A stretch of 64,000 nt of DNA, taken from contig JAPEUI010000042.1 of assembly GCA_026025075.1 (NCBI GenBank), positions 62,001-126,000 of the forward strand, in the 5' to 3' direction. A model generated the notes under the pieces. The model ran no database searches. It saw only the letters and a list, made by a program, of their open reading frames with translations, and was not told the DNA's origin. This DNA comes from Vezdaea acicularis. Taxonomy: Eukaryota. Below are positions 1 through 13,598 of this stretch, one piece after another. The position numbers were made by a program, and so were the translations under genes. Position 1 is the stretch's first letter. Each line of letters opens with the position of its first letter.

Positions 1-1041
1 ACGATAAGATGCAAGCTAAAAGGGTGCAGCAAGAGGTGAAGCGCTAGAACCCCTAGAGCGCTACGCTCGGGGCAGTCCCTGAACCAAGAGGATGGAGCAG
101 GTCCCCACAACGGAGATGAGCGCCATCGCGTAAAAGCGAGTAATATATCCAATCCATGACTTGCTTTGATAAGGATTGCCCATGATATTCATCTTGAATA
201 ACAATGGAGTTTGCAACGAGATTAGACGACAATTTACAACACATTCTTCGTTTTGCATCCAGGAGAAGTTGGCGTCACAATTGACGGGACGGGTCTAATG
301 AAACTTGAAGAATAATCCAATCGCCCCATTGAGACCACCGGCTATTCCGTGCAATTCTAGAGACGGCTGAAAGGTTTAGGTCTAGAATTTCTTTCGTTCA
401 AGTCCATGTCTGCGGCTTGTTCTGCATCAGAATGGCCTGCGTTAAATTGCAAGTTTCGACGGGTCGAAGCCGAAACGAGAATCTGTTGCGCTAACATTCG
501 AAGGATGCGGCGACACTCCTTCCAACCGCGACTCGGCAGCATCCTTGAGGCTGGAATTCTTTTGCTACGTAGGTATGTTGCAAGCGATCTACATTTCCTG
601 CCATATCCTAGCATTTGGGGCAATCATCTCACTCTCATCACTGCACATGAGAACTACACGGTCGATCGAGTGTTCAATCCTCGCACTTGGCTCTTATTGG
701 TTTAAGTGACAGTGAACTTAGTTTCCTTTGCCCCAGCTCAAAACATCCCATGCATGGCTAAAGCTTTCGACGATAGCCTGTCCACACAGCTCAGCACTCC
801 GCACTCCGGTTCGTTCACCTTGCATGATCCGTGCTCTATGTGATTCTCGTGCTCTCGTCAAGTACAGCTCCCAGCCCTTGCCTAGAATTATGCTTCGTTA
901 TCAAAATAGAAAAATTTATGAAGGGAGGGTAGATGAAGGGTCGTGAGCCAACAATGAGTTGTGCCGAGTGCTATACCGAGAGCTAGAAGTTCATGGAGCG
1001 CCGCTCCTAACGAACAGTGATATATTCGATGCTGTCGCTTT

Positions 1042-2939
1042 CTACAATGCCGAGAAGACGAAAAGCTACGTATCGTTGATTAGCTAAGAGATAGGACACA
1101 GAGGTAAGGACTCCCCTTACGTTATTTGTTGCAGCAATAGCAATGCTGTCCTCGAAAGGGTGCCAGCTCATGTGCAGTATCTTCTTGTTGAAGTCAATTT
1201 GGTCTGCATCGGTTTCTTTCTTCATTCTTCCCCCTTGGCCTCCAGCTGCCGGACTTGTTGCACGAGATCCGCCTTTCTTGCCCGAGGCACTATTGGTGGG
1301 GCTGGTAGCTTGGTTGATAGGCGTCGGAACTCCCACTTTCTTAGCCTTGAACGCAGATTTGTCTGCTTGTAGGACAACCTCCATCTCTTTGTCCGGATCT
1401 GACGGGTAGATCATGAAGTTATTATTGTAGCTCCCGGTCATAACATTTTTCGCATCGCCAGAAAAAACCACCTCGAACTTGTCAAATATGCTATCGTTCT
1501 CGTACGTGTCACAAAGCCGTGGCCTCAGGTGCTCGTGAATAGGGATTGTTTTGATGGGCTGCCGCTCCATATTTACATCCCATATTTTGACCGTTAGGTA
1601 ATCACGCGAAAGAATATAGCGGCCGTCATGTGAGAATCGAACATCTGAAATTGAGGATATGATCTCCGAAAAGAATGATCGAGATGAAGGATCTTCCTCT
1701 TGCTCAAACTCTATAAGATGAAGTTTAGTACATATCAACGTCATCTGTCAGGTTGTATAAACTTACGCTTTGCATGTTGATCGCAAAGGGCGCTCTCTCT
1801 CATATCAGCAAGCTTGATAGTGCCTTTAGAGCTGGCATACATAAACCAGTTACAGCTTGAAGGATGAAACTCGGCTGCAGTAATGACTTCAGTCAGCTCC
1901 TCCATGTTTGCGGGCTTAATATCGACAATATTGAAGCTCTGGTCCTGTATGTTAAGATTCCATAGATTAATCCGAAGGTCGTCGCTACTTATAAAAGTCT
2001 CCCCATCACTATTTACGGAGATGCTGTTTATATGATAAGCATGAGCATTTGCGTATGTTCGGCGAGGAACGGCAGCGACGACTGTATCATGATGCGTGAG
2101 GCGTGGTAGTTTTAGTGATGCAGCATTAGGGAAGTGCGCATTAGTATTTATCCGCTGCGGACCTCCCCCACCAACAGCTCCACCAGGCGTGAGATCATGC
2201 GAGAGATTGTTCTCCGCTACGACTTTCAGCGACTTCTCAAAAACTTTCCATAATTTAATAGTCTTGTCATTCGTAGACAGGAGATAGTGAGACGCATTTT
2301 GACGCCGACACCATTTGATCTTGTTGATCTTTTCTTCGATCTCTAAAGATTTGAGATAGTCGAACTCGGGCTCGTGTGATTGAAATTCGGTATGGAACTT
2401 GTATTCGCATGTCTTTTTCTTTGTGGACAGTCAGAGCTTATACCGTAACGTTTTAGTGCAGGGGTACTAATTTGGCAAGAGAGGGGAGCCTGTTAGGCTG
2501 AGATAACCTACGGTGTCATTCCTCTCGAAGAGCACAACCCTTCCACCTTTATCTCCAGTCGCCAGATAATTTCCAGTATGATCGAACTCAACTGTCGATA
2601 TAATGTCGGCTACTCCACACAAGTATAAGTATATGAGTAGTAAAGCGTTACGTCGGCCACGATTTCAGATGCGACCAATAAGCTTACCTTCTGTGATATC
2701 CTCTACGTCACCCTTGTCTCCAAAGCACCTGATTGATTCAGTCAGCGTTGCTCAAAGACCAGTGTTTAATTATCCAATTATCGACATGCGACATAAGCTT
2801 GGCATCAAGTAAGAGAAAGCATAACTTTGTTTCCTCTTTTTTAAATGATCCCGGTATGACCGGTCGAGCTTCCTTAGGAAGTGGGGACAGCTTACTGCGT
2901 GAATTTCCATGTTGGGGAAGCCGTCTCTCCGTCCACCAT
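1042..2939 (-). CDS. CDC55: Protein phosphatase 2A regulatory B (B55) subunit, multi-exon
   Basis: Spliced N-terminus [40 protein letters not shown]40 core [34 protein letters not shown] and C-terminus [19 protein letters not shown] introns, e.g. 2729-2895 and 2610-2687. Confidence 0.95.
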
Positions 2940-4204
2940 GTTCTCTGATCCACCGCGGTCTTGGTATGGAGATCAGAATGAGGGGTGTTCAAAGAAGCTG
3001 ATTAGAGCTATTGTAGGTATAAAATGGGTTAAAAACCTGATAAATGTTGGGTTCAGACGGCAGAAAAGGGCGCAGATAAGCTTGCGCAAATACGAAGAAG
3101 TATATTTGGTCCGTCAAAGTGAATGTATGGACGCGGGATGACTAGGTGTTGTGATGGTCAAACGTCGCTTCACTCGAGTTCCGTGCGCGAGTAAGGCAAT
3201 TGAAGAGTGCTTGAATAATATATGTTGGCTACAGATGTAAGCCGTAGAAGTTGTGCAAGGTGTGAGGGCTTTGAGAATAACCCTGGAGAAAGTGATTCTA
3301 ATAACTCCCTGGTCCACAGAGAGAACTCATGAATTTGTGGGAGTGAGGGTGAAGCCAGGATGAGGTAAGGCGCATTCTTGCAGCGGCAATTCTGCCGGTG
3401 AAGATGGACCGCTCGCTAAGCATGCTGGACCTTGGGGTCTAGCGCCACAGGGAAAACTGACCAGGCAGCACATGCCAGCAGTCTTTTTTGTTCCTGCATA
3501 GAGCTTCGGCTTTGCTGTGCTATCATAAGCCGTCCGCGTTGTTACCAAGGGATACTCATATTATAGGTTCTTTGGATCAAGGGACTTGTCTGAACGAAAT
3601 AAATGCAGTTGGCCTCCAGTTCCAACATCTGTGCTTGTGTTCTTATAATTGAGCTGCATGGGTTTCGAAGCAAAATAGGGTAGCTTTGGCGGTCAAATTA
3701 GACCTTCAGTGGAGCTACTTCTATACAATACGTCAAAATCTCAAAGTCAATAAGATTTCCTTCAATCTAGTTCTTCAAATCCTCTGATGAAGCTTTTTTC
3801 CCACGTTCATAGATCCAGAGTCACAGCTTGGGACCGTACAGTTCTCTAGACAACAACGACATTGCCGCGGCGACCATTGCTAAGGCGATCACGATGATAT
3901 CAAACGTTCGTCTCGGGACCACATGAGTCTATCTGCTACCTCTTTGAGACTTTACTCGTCCCTATAGATGGCTGTTCTCTTATCCTTTGCGTGATGGTAG
4001 GCGCATAAGTTTTCTGAACTTATGATGTCGTGCTGACTTCGTTTTGGACACCTCTTCACACCGTTAACTTTCACAATCCTCCTACACCTGTCGTTTGCTG
4101 ATTTTCAACAAAGCGGAGGGTTTCAAATCCCCTTTCTGCAGATTGACTCAGTCACATTCAATTTCTTCGGTAATTCGAAGACTGCAGGCGAGCAAGCGTC
4201 GAAA

Positions 4205-5188
4205 ATGGACAACAAGGAAGGGAAAGGCAAAGGCAAAGCCCGCTCTAATGGAACTGAGCCAGAATTTCAGCTCAGTTCACCTTCTGGCTCGGCGATTGAC
4301 TCCTCTCTGGCGTCTGGAGAATCGCTGCCTTCAAGAATCCTATCTTCAGCGGCAGCCCTTTCAAGCAGCATGATACATTCAACCCTTACTGCCGATGCAG
4401 AACTCGCACAGAGCATTGCAAGCACTGAGAAGGGTGATTTGTTTGGCCAACCTTCAGCTCACGGTCCCGGGACTGAGGCACTCCAAGCAGCGCAACCTAG
4501 TACAGCCATGAGTAGCACGCAATTCTACGAGAGCATTCGCACTGAACCTAGCCATACGGACGAAGACTGGCCAGAGCTGAAGTCTTCACTACCTGCATTA
4601 CCAATTGAATATGCGTCCGAACCCATGGAAAGTCTGAAGCCTGTGCACCAAACGCCACACTCATCTCATCATATCATCCCCGAAGACGGCGCGGCCGTGG
4701 TTTCTCTCCTTGCTGACCCGACCTTTCATGCGCAAACTTCTACTCCGCCCACGAATGAGTTTCCCATGGCAGACGAGGATGAACAGCTAAACGAAGACAT
4801 CTCACCTACCGACCTGAAGCTTCTCCTAGAGTTGAAGTTGCGCCTCCCTGATCCGCCGACTCACACTGCACCCGAACCCACAAATCCTCTTAACCTAATC
4901 CCCGACTTCGGAGCCGCCGAACCTCAGGATATCGAGTTCAAACTGCCAGCTTTTGGGGAAGAAGCGGATGACGCTAACCGAGAGGACTGGCTCAATGATT
5001 GGCGGGACGTGCTCTCACAGTACGCCGACGTAGTTTGGGGAGGTTTCCAGGCTATATGCAAGAAGGCTCAAAAGGAACTCGAGGAGGTCAAAGAGGGGGA
5101 GCGAAAGGCCTCACAGGCAAAGGCAGTCGAGAGAATAGGACAGCTACTTGGGCATCTGAATTATCAAGACCATGGAGAGGAGAAATAG
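4205..5188 (+). CDS. Hypothetical protein (327 aa) with a low-complexity N-terminus and a helical C-terminal domain
   Basis: Single long ATG-initiated ORF. The C-terminal WLNDWRDVLSQYADVVWGG...AVERIGQLLGHL segment looks folded. No family recognised. Confidence 0.7.
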   Translation: MDNKEGKGKGKARSNGTEPEFQLSSPSGSAIDSSLASGESLPSRILSSAAALSSSMIHSTLTADAELAQSIASTEKGDLFGQPSAHGPGTEALQAAQPSTAMSSTQFYESIRTEPSHTDEDWPELKSSLPALPIEYASEPMESLKPVHQTPHSSHHIIPEDGAAVVSLLADPTFHAQTSTPPTNEFPMADEDEQLNEDISPTDLKLLLELKLRLPDPPTHTAPEPTNPLNLIPDFGAAEPQDIEFKLPAFGEEADDANREDWLNDWRDVLSQYADVVWGGFQAICKKAQKELEEVKEGERKASQAKAVERIGQLLGHLNYQDHGEEK

Positions 5189-5482
5189 CCTTGCCTGTTC
5201 AAGCTACGAGCTGGATTGACACCACCTTCGATGATCTTCCTACAATGCACCACAGCCATTCAAGAATTGTGGGAGATTTTTCAAAGCCAACCAGGCCTGC
5301 TCCTTTCTGAAGCACTTTCTCAGTGTAGTCTGCATGAAGCATTGATGGCTGGGTTTATATAGCTCGACAAGCAATCATGTAGCTTACAATGGCTTCCACG
5401 TTGCATTTTCCCTACTACATGCAAGAGCAAATATTAACCTAATACAACATGCACTTCTAGCCTTTAATATTCGTGACCACGG

Positions 5483-6376
5483 TCATGCTGCTAGAGATTC
5501 CGCCTGTGCCGTACCGTTCTGCTTCCCTGCCACAAACTCCTTCAAGAAGCCCGGATCGTTCTCGATTTCCTCCTTGACCTGTAATCGCACCCGAATCAGC
5601 ATATGTATCGTCAACAAGTGAAAAGTACTCACGATATCCAGTCCGCCAACTAGCTCTCCATTCGCCCACAGTTGTGGAAATGTCGGCCAGTCCGCAAACT
5701 CCTTCAAGCCCTGCCTCACCTCCTCATCGGCCAGAATGTTGAAGAACCCGTACCTCACCCCCTTCTCCCTTAATATACCGACAAGTTGCCGCGAGAATCC
5801 GCATTGTGGCGCGCTAGGCGTCCCCTTCATGAACAACATCACCGGCGCCGCTTTCACCAGCGCACTTAATCTCGCATGTAGCTCCTCCTTGCTTGTCTTC
5901 GCCTCCCCCGTACCGTTCGCCGGTGCCCCTGGCGGAGGCGCATATCCGGACAAGTCCTTCGACGTCGTGGGCGCCGGTGTCCCCGCTACCAATGGCGGCG
6001 GTAGAGTCGTTACTCCCTTGGCCGCCCCAGGCGCACCTGCATGCCGCTCCACTGCGTTTCTGACTTTACTCGCATCGCTCCCCGAGACGGTTTCGAGCAC
6101 CTTCGAGTCTTTGAGAAGCACGAGGAAGGGCACGGCGGAGACGTCGTAGGATTCGCTGATTTCGGGCTGTTCTTCGGCGTCGATGCTGAGGATAGAGAGG
6201 GTGGGTGGGTTGTGCGATGGATAAGTTGAGAGGAGCGCGCTGAGCGTTGTGCGCATCTGGGCGCAGGGAGCGGCCCAAGGTGCGTGGAAGGAGAGGACGA
6301 GAAGTGTGGATGGTGGGGTGGAGCTCAGGGCGGACTTGAATTGGGCCTCGGACTTGATTTCGGTGAGTTCAGCCAT
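5483..6376 (-). CDS. GRX4: Monothiol glutaredoxin Grx3/4 (thioredoxin-like plus Grx domain)
   Basis: WAAPC Trx-like motif, KGTPSAPQCGFS active site and WPTFPQL...GGLD. One probable 54-nt intron at 5579-5632. Confidence 0.95.
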   Translation of the reverse strand: MAELTEIKSEAQFKSALSSTPPSTLLVLSFHAPWAAPCAQMRTTLSALLSTYPSHNPPTLSILSIDAEEQPEISESYDVSAVPFLVLLKDSKVLETVSGSDASKVRNAVERHAGAPGAAKGVTTLPPPLVAGTPAPTTSKDLSGYAPPPGAPANGTGEAKTSKEELHARLSALVKAAPVMLFMKGTPSAPQCGFSRQLVGILREKGVRYGFFNILADEEVRQGLKEFADWPTFPQLWANGELVGGLDIVSTFHLLTIHMLIRVRLQVKEEIENDPGFLKEFVAGKQNGTAQAESLAA

Positions 6377-8514
6377 CTCAGAGGGGGTATTGCGTGAGTG
6401 TGAGCTAAGTTATGCCGAGAGTAGTAGAGATGATGATGTTCAGAGCTCGAAGTAAGCGAGGTAGTAGAAGCGTCTGTACGAAGTGGCTGTATAAGGAGGC
6501 GATTCGCAATTTTTCGTTCTGTCGCTTTGCTAGATGCCCAGAATCAGTTTCGAGCAAAGCGAAGTCAGAATCAGAGGTTGTAGGCGGTTGATCGAGCGGA
6601 GCTCAGGTGTGAGTGATGGGATTTGAAAATAGTACAGACATTCATAATTTGGACGAGAGATGTCGTTTGCTCTTGAATCGCGGCATGGTTCCGCATTGCC
6701 CCGCCAATTATTAATCTAATCTTATCTAATCGTTTTCCCCCCTTCGGCAAGATTCTCGATTCTTGAAACACCCTTCCCCAAAGCAGTGCATACGTACATG
6801 AGAGATTCGATACGTGGGGCACTCGACCTCGAGGATTCCTCACTATCCGCCTTTTGTGGGTCATACCTGAGCTTTCACATGGTCATGCAAGTCACAGGGA
6901 GAGTAGCAGACTCTTCTTATCCTTCAAGCCGACGAGTCGCCGGGAATGAATAGAAGTAAAAACTCGCCGCTGTCAGAAAGAAAAGGGTTTGTGAGAGCAG
7001 AAAGGCTTTAGAAGCTAAAAAACTCGAAAGAAATAGTCATTGCGGCGCAAAGAAATACAAAAGCTCAAGTATTTTCTCCTGCCTGGCCAGCGATGTGAGT
7101 TCTCCGCGTAGTCGCCCCTGCTTGGCGTATCGCAGTGGGTTGGCGGTAGTTGGATGCAAGAAGCGCCATCTGAAACGTCGGATGCATCGCGAAGCCAGCA
7201 CGTCCCTGACTCTCCGCCCACAAGAGCCTCCGGACCGCAAACGCTGAACTCCACTCCTTTTCATCTCCCTACGCGCAGCCCATAGAAGATCAGCTCGCAA
7301 AGGCGATGTCAAACTTACCTCGGCGCGTCACCGCGCTCGGTCGCCATTGCTCCACTGCAACGTCAGCTCGTCGAAACGCGAACGCCGTTGGAGAGCACCA
7401 TAGACTGAAAACGGGAGCGGCCCATTGGATTCCAAGCTGTCGATGTGTCGTCCATGCGCGACGCTTGCGACCCGATCTTCGGCCATTCCATCAACGTCTC
7501 CCTACCTGTACAGCAAAATCTCGAACCATGAACCGTGGTCGCTCTGATTTGCTATCGGAAGCTAGGAGCTGTGCGTGCAGGTGGAGCTTCGAGAACAGTG
7601 GTAGCCAGTCATAATGCCTTCCAGAGTCCCTGACAGGCCACCCCAGCACAAATGTTTGCGGTCGGGATTGAGGCCGACCAAGTGCAATGCGCGATGCATA
7701 CACAACTTGGCCGGGCGTCTGTTGCACAACGGGATGCCCCTCCAAATCTTCATTGTTTCAAGATCACTACTGTAGCCTGTGGCGTGTAGCTCGGCGGACA
7801 AAGATTCTATCTTTGTTTGAACAATGTCGAAGCGTGACCCGTCGTAGGATTAAAACAATGCCGTCCCCCCCACCGTGGCCTTCTCCAGTCTCTCATCTTC
7901 CTCAGGTTTGAGTCGAGAAATATCCCAGAGACGCAGAAGGCGTCAAGTGACGGTCGTTTCCTTCGTCATTCCTTCCCACGTGCTGGCACGTTTTGAACAT
8001 ACAACACATCTCCACGCAGGGCCTGGATCTTCCTCCAAAAACGCCTTCTCCCAGAAACTCCTTCCACGGCGGTCCATTCTTTCCCGTCATCATTTTCCCC
8101 TGCCGCTCTCTCAATCACACTCGCTTGACCAGCCGTCAGAAGTCGTTCGCCATAGGTGGTTGACATTTAGTCTCACCCAGCTACATTCTTTACAGCACAC
8201 AGAAGTCACATTCCACCTCAGTTCTGCCACTTGAGGCTTCGACCTCGCAAAGCCGCTCTTTTAAACTTTCAGCCTCAATCGTGCTGGCCCACATTGTTGC
8301 CTGCCATCATTGTTTCCTAATTGTTCGGTCTGAACATAGTTCCTCAATCGTATATAATAAGCCGTAAGCTCACTCAGAAAGGCTCCTTCCGTATATACCA
8401 TAAGTAAAGAAAGTAACTGATCACGAATTAGACGACCTGTACCTGAAAAGCTCCTAGCGTGCCCTCTTGTGCATACTTTAACCTCAGGAACATTTTTCAC
8501 TCTTTTCCTCCAAC

Positions 8515-10089
8515 ATGAAGGTCTCCACACTCGTTTCCATCGCTTCTACTATCACATTAGCTTTGGCGGCTCCCCGACCACAAAAACCATACTACACCTA
8601 TAAAAACTCTACCGGAACTACAAGCCCTGAACCCTTAAGACCAGGAACTCCTACACCAACGGTATATGCGTTCTCTACTAAACAATACGCTTCTGTCCTC
8701 ACACCATCCCCTTCCCCAACTCTGTCGCCATCGCCAGATGCAGCCTCAGCCTTCGAGTCCCTTCTTTCCCACTTCAATGCATCAAGCGCAGCTACCGCTG
8801 CGCCGAGCAGTCTCCCACAAGCAGATGGACAGGAGTACGTAGTTCTCTTCGATCCCGACCATCCAACTCCTCCTGAAGTGAGCGAAGTACTCCAGCGAAT
8901 CGGCATCAATGGTACGCAAGATATCAATTACGTTTATGACAACTCCGCATTTCGAGGCTTTGCCGGCGTGATGGGTGATGACCATGTTCAGGCTCTCGTG
9001 GACATGCAGGAAGTAAAGTTCGTGGAGGCATCCGTTAAGATCTCCTCTTTCGAGACTTTGGTCCGTGGTAACTCTCCTTGGGGATTGCAGAGAATCTCGC
9101 AGCAAGGGAAAGTCTCTGGTGATGACACCAAGATGGCCTTCCAGTATAGCTACGATAGCGTTGGCAACCTCGGACAGGGTGTCGACATCTACATCGTTGA
9201 CACTGGGATCAATATCGCACATCAAGCCTTTGGTGGGCGGGCGACGATGGGCTTTTCCAAAGACGGTGCCCAAGACTTGAACGCAGCCTGCGACCAAGAC
9301 GGCCATGGAACTCACGTAGCTGGCACTGCGGCTGCAAATATTTTTGGTGTCGCCTCTGGTGCGAATCTAATCGGCGTTAAGGTTCTCGGTGCAGATGGCT
9401 CTGGATATTCTTCCGACACAATCAAAGGCCTTGACTACGTGGTACGCACGCACGATAAAAAGAAGACTAGCCCTTTGTTTGTTGGCTCTATTGCTTCCAT
9501 GTCCTGGGGTCTTTCTGCACGCTCCGACAGCGTCGAGCAAGCCATCAACGCTGCTGTCGATGCTGGCGTGCACGTTAGCGTCGCCGCCGGCAACCAGGGC
9601 ACCAATGCCTGCAATGGTGCGCCTGCCTCTACTGGTGGAAAGGGTGCTGATGGAAAAGGTGGCAAGGGTGTGGCTGTCGGCTCCATCAACAATCAAGATC
9701 AGATCAGCACCTTCTCCAATACCGGTCAATGCGTCGACGTCTATGCACCAGGCGAGTATATCCTCTCCACCTGGATCAAGGGTACGAACACCGTCAACGC
9801 CCTCAGTGGCACCAGCATGGCTTGCCCGCATGTCACAGGCCTGATGGCATACCTGATGGCTCGCAACGCGACTTTGGCAGGCTGCCCAGCATTCTTGAAA
9901 GAATACCTCGCCTCGACCGCATTCGCGCATGACCTCACGGCCCAGAAGGCAGTGACTGGTGGTGATCTAGGCCTACTCGTCAACAACGGCGTCAAGGGCG
10001 TTGGAAAACAGGACTATTTTGGTAACGGTACAGTGGCGAAGAGAGGCTGGGAGATGCCGAAGACGACAAGGGTGGCTCTAAGGTGGTAA
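8515..10089 (+). CDS. Secreted subtilisin-like serine protease (S8A, proteinase K-like) with I9 propeptide
   Basis: Signal peptide MKVSTLVSIASTITLALA. Catalytic triad motifs IVDTG, HGTHVAG and GTSMACPHV, with oxyanion AAGN. Confidence 0.95.
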   Translation: MKVSTLVSIASTITLALAAPRPQKPYYTYKNSTGTTSPEPLRPGTPTPTVYAFSTKQYASVLTPSPSPTLSPSPDAASAFESLLSHFNASSAATAAPSSLPQADGQEYVVLFDPDHPTPPEVSEVLQRIGINGTQDINYVYDNSAFRGFAGVMGDDHVQALVDMQEVKFVEASVKISSFETLVRGNSPWGLQRISQQGKVSGDDTKMAFQYSYDSVGNLGQGVDIYIVDTGINIAHQAFGGRATMGFSKDGAQDLNAACDQDGHGTHVAGTAAANIFGVASGANLIGVKVLGADGSGYSSDTIKGLDYVVRTHDKKKTSPLFVGSIASMSWGLSARSDSVEQAINAAVDAGVHVSVAAGNQGTNACNGAPASTGGKGADGKGGKGVAVGSINNQDQISTFSNTGQCVDVYAPGEYILSTWIKGTNTVNALSGTSMACPHVTGLMAYLMARNATLAGCPAFLKEYLASTAFAHDLTAQKAVTGGDLGLLVNNGVKGVGKQDYFGNGTVAKRGWEMPKTTRVALRW

Positions 10090-11014
10090 TGGAACAGAAC
10101 AGAACTTCGCTTCTTGTAGATACATCAGCTTGGCTCAACATTTTGCTGATTCACTTGCATAGCATAGCGGCGGTGTTTCCCAGGTACCAGGCTTGGGCAT
10201 CATAGATAGGTAATGATCGCATTCTGCATCTTAGACTAGATAGGTGCTATGAATCATGAATTCAAACCCTTTAACAACATTCAATCGCTCGAATTGAACC
10301 TCCTTTTCTTCTCTCTGCTCGACTCGTTAATACCATGATGTGGTATCGCGGTTGACTGTTCGGCTTGCCACCCCATCTCGCATAGCAACTAGGGCAACTG
10401 AGGTGCAAGCCCTACTCTATCTTGTGTTGTAAACAAATCTGCAACCCCCAACGCAGAACTACATGTGTCACGTATTCCCACGTGATTGTTCAGTTTTTCA
10501 TCACACTCGACATTTTAACAACTCCAAAGCTGCGATGACGTTTTGCATCGCGGCACGACTAGGTCGCAGTAATCTGTACCTCACGCAGCAGCTTCCGGCT
10601 TCAATGCAGAAAGCTCCGGGTCACGTTTCGCCACAGATTTCTCCAGTTTCTCGTCCGAGTTTCAGTTTGAATGGCTCACGCTTTTTACTGGTCACTCCTG
10701 CCCAGTGGAAATAGTTGTAGCGGAGCTAGCGGGCAGTGGGACTTCTGCCTCGAAACTTGACAGGCAGGACAGGAAAGGCGAGGAGCACGTTTCTCCACGT
10801 GGTTCATGGCAGCTTCTCGTTCCATTTTCAATATTTATGGATATGATACAAGATCGAATTATAGAGTCCTTGACTTTTCCTTTGAGGCTGAAGGTTTGAA
10901 GATTTCTGGGGTATGGATCGACGCTACGCTTGAAATGCTTCAGAAATCCACACCAGACATGTCCCCCACTCCCCATGCCATGCCATCTATACAAGCAGGC
11001 CACCAATGGACGGC

Positions 11015-13598
11015 TCAATCATCTTCAATGTCGTCGTCACTGAGCACCAGCTTCTCCAAGTCATCGGTCTGTATCCCTAATACGCCATGCCTCTCCTCCT
11101 TCGCTGGCCTGCCAGCCTTACGCTTTCTATGCCTTGCTTCTTCTGTGGCTCCGTCGTCTTCCTCGTCGGGCAATTCCTCGCTCTGCGAACCCACGCCACT
11201 AAAAGCCGTAATCTTCTCCAGCTCGCGAGCGTCTTTCGAACTCTGGCTACGCCGACGGATGAGAGCCATGTAGGGAAGGCGCTCAAGCAGCATCTCTGTG
11301 CGGTTGGAGCGCACAGGTACTCTAGGTAATGATTCCTGCGCAGAGCTCTCACCCGATGGCGCGTTAGCCTTAGAGCTCGAAACAAATCTTCCACCCCAAC
11401 TCTCCACGCCACTTTGAGGCTTGACATTGCTCGATCCAACCTCACCCGTCAAGCCCCATTCAACCCACAGATCTACCAGGTCTCCGATCTCATCAGCAGT
11501 GCGCCAGAGCCGCAGACTGGTGGGATAGAACATCTTGAACGCATCTCCACCCCTTCCCTTTCCGCCTCTGTCATCGCCTCCTATACCGTGCGGCGGTGCC
11601 TGCCTCTTCACGGGGTTTGGCAAGGCAAAGAGGACGCCACGAACTGCGATCTGGAAGACGATCTCGTCCTGCCGCAATGCTTCGCCCCCACCCATGCCCT
11701 GAAAGCTGGTATTGCCGAACCTGCCTCTCGACTGGTGAGACGGGGGTACTATCATTGCACTGTCCGACAGGGAGTCTATACAGCCTATAACACTGTCCAA
11801 GGTATCCTCCGGATTCGTAGAGGTGCAGCTTAAAATGTAGTTCTCATGTAGCGCGGCCACAAAGGTCTGGGTATCTGTGCCTGTCTCATCAATCAGGATA
11901 TCGATATCCACAATACTACGCTTTAGTCTGAAGTGCTCGGACAGGTGTTCTGGCGGCTGTACTATGAGCTCAGATTGCGGAAATTCCTCTTCGCGCTTAT
12001 TGTATACAACTTTGCCCACAGCATGGAAGAGACCTAGGCTGGCTTCTCGCTGCGTGATGAGCTCGAGAGATGCCTGTTCCATTTTCGTCATTTCAGTAAC
12101 TGGCTCGGACTTCAGTACTCTCTTTGCTTTCCCGAAAGTGATCTTCCCGCCCCAATCTACATCAGCATCGCCACGTACACATAGAAATTCTAGCAATCCA
12201 ATCGCATTGCGAATGTCTCCCACTTCGCTAAGCTTCTTGATAACCTGCGGACCAGGCATCCTTCTTCGGCCGGATTGCCGTGAGTCTTTACGAATGACGA
12301 GCTCTAGGGCCTTTGTTAGAAATGTAGGAGCTATAGGATTATACTCAATGACGGTGGTTCCTGGATGGGAGAGGATCTGTGGACCGAGGAGCCGGTGGGC
12401 GGTCATACTATCTGAGGCAGATGTGGAGGTCGTGAGGAGGCTTTCAGAGATTATCAGTACTAGCGGGGTCGGCGAGGTCAGGATTTTATCAGGATGGATC
12501 GGGGATGTGAAGAAGAAGGGGGGGTGAGAGGTGGAAACGAGGAAGGACATTATGGCCGATCTGAATGAGTTGAGGGCTGTGGAAGCGCGGGCGGTCGTGT
12601 TAGGATATTCTTCGACCAGAAGGACTTGCCTTGAGAAGTCCTTTTGCGGTTCTAGCGCTATAGGGAGCTTGCGTTGGTCTGCGGAAGTGGTGCTAACAAG
12701 GTCGAGGGCACCAAATTTCCCAGCTCGGCCGAGAAATTCCTCAAATTGGGCAGACAAAGAGACGTAGCCTTCGGATGACTGTTCTGCTGCGACTGGGTTC
12801 CTCCATTCGACGAGCTTGAAGTTCATTAATTCAGAAAGTAGAGATATAGTTGTCGTCTTTCCCGCACCAGCTGGTCCTTTGAGGACAAGTAACCGCTATA
12901 TCAACATTAGTCTTGGTTTGATGAGCAATATAGCAATTCGGTTGGCTTACCTTGCGGTCTCGGCCATTTAGGATATCTTCTATACATGCCCGCACATCAT
13001 TGACTTTTCTTTTATGAACAGCCAACTCCTCCAATGACGCAGGTCCATATTTCTCTGACCAAGGGCGGGAATCACTTTGTGATTGTGATTTAGTTTCTAA
13101 CGCCATTCGCAGCGGCTTTTCAACTTTCCGCTTCTTTAGAAACTTCTGGCTCCCGCTAGGAGGCGGGTTGGTCGTGCCATTGCCCTCCGAAACAGTCCAT
13201 GATCTCTTCCGAAGGGCCGAGCCTGCTGAGAGCTCAGTATCCTCGGCCTCGTCACATGTTGAGCCATCCTGAATTGCATCCTGACCCTCCAGGTCTTGGC
13301 CTAGGTCTGCCATATCATTTCCATTGGTGTGAACGTGCCGCTCTTTGGAAGGGCTGAAAAATGAGTGCAAGGACTGATTCCCCGCATCTTTGATGCCCGA
13401 TTTGGGTTTCCTGGGAGATTCCCGTGTCTTGCTCGGCGAAGTTTCATCTGCGCCGAGAGATCCTTTCTTTGGAATGTTACGAGGCCTCGTAGGGAGCTTC
13501 GGCGAGTGCTCGGCGTCTCCCCTATTTCCCTCAAAGCCTTCATCGGAAGAAATAACGTTTGCTTTTGCCCGCCGCCTCTTGATTCGAGGCGCGGCCAT
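11015..13598 (-). CDS. RAD17: Checkpoint clamp loader Rad17/Rad24 (AAA+)
   Basis: PWSEKYGPASLEELAVHKRKV, then after an intron (~12896-12950) LLVLKGPAGAGKTTT (Walker A), LLVEEYP (Walker B-like), GDIRNAI and LFHAVGKVVYNKR. Confidence 0.92.

Noticed and set aside
1..1000. Short ORFs at the window start (and similar ones at 6500-8300)
   Set aside because: No recognisable domains or coherent splice pattern, so treated as UTR or intergenic. No tRNA or rRNA gene was recognised anywhere in the window.
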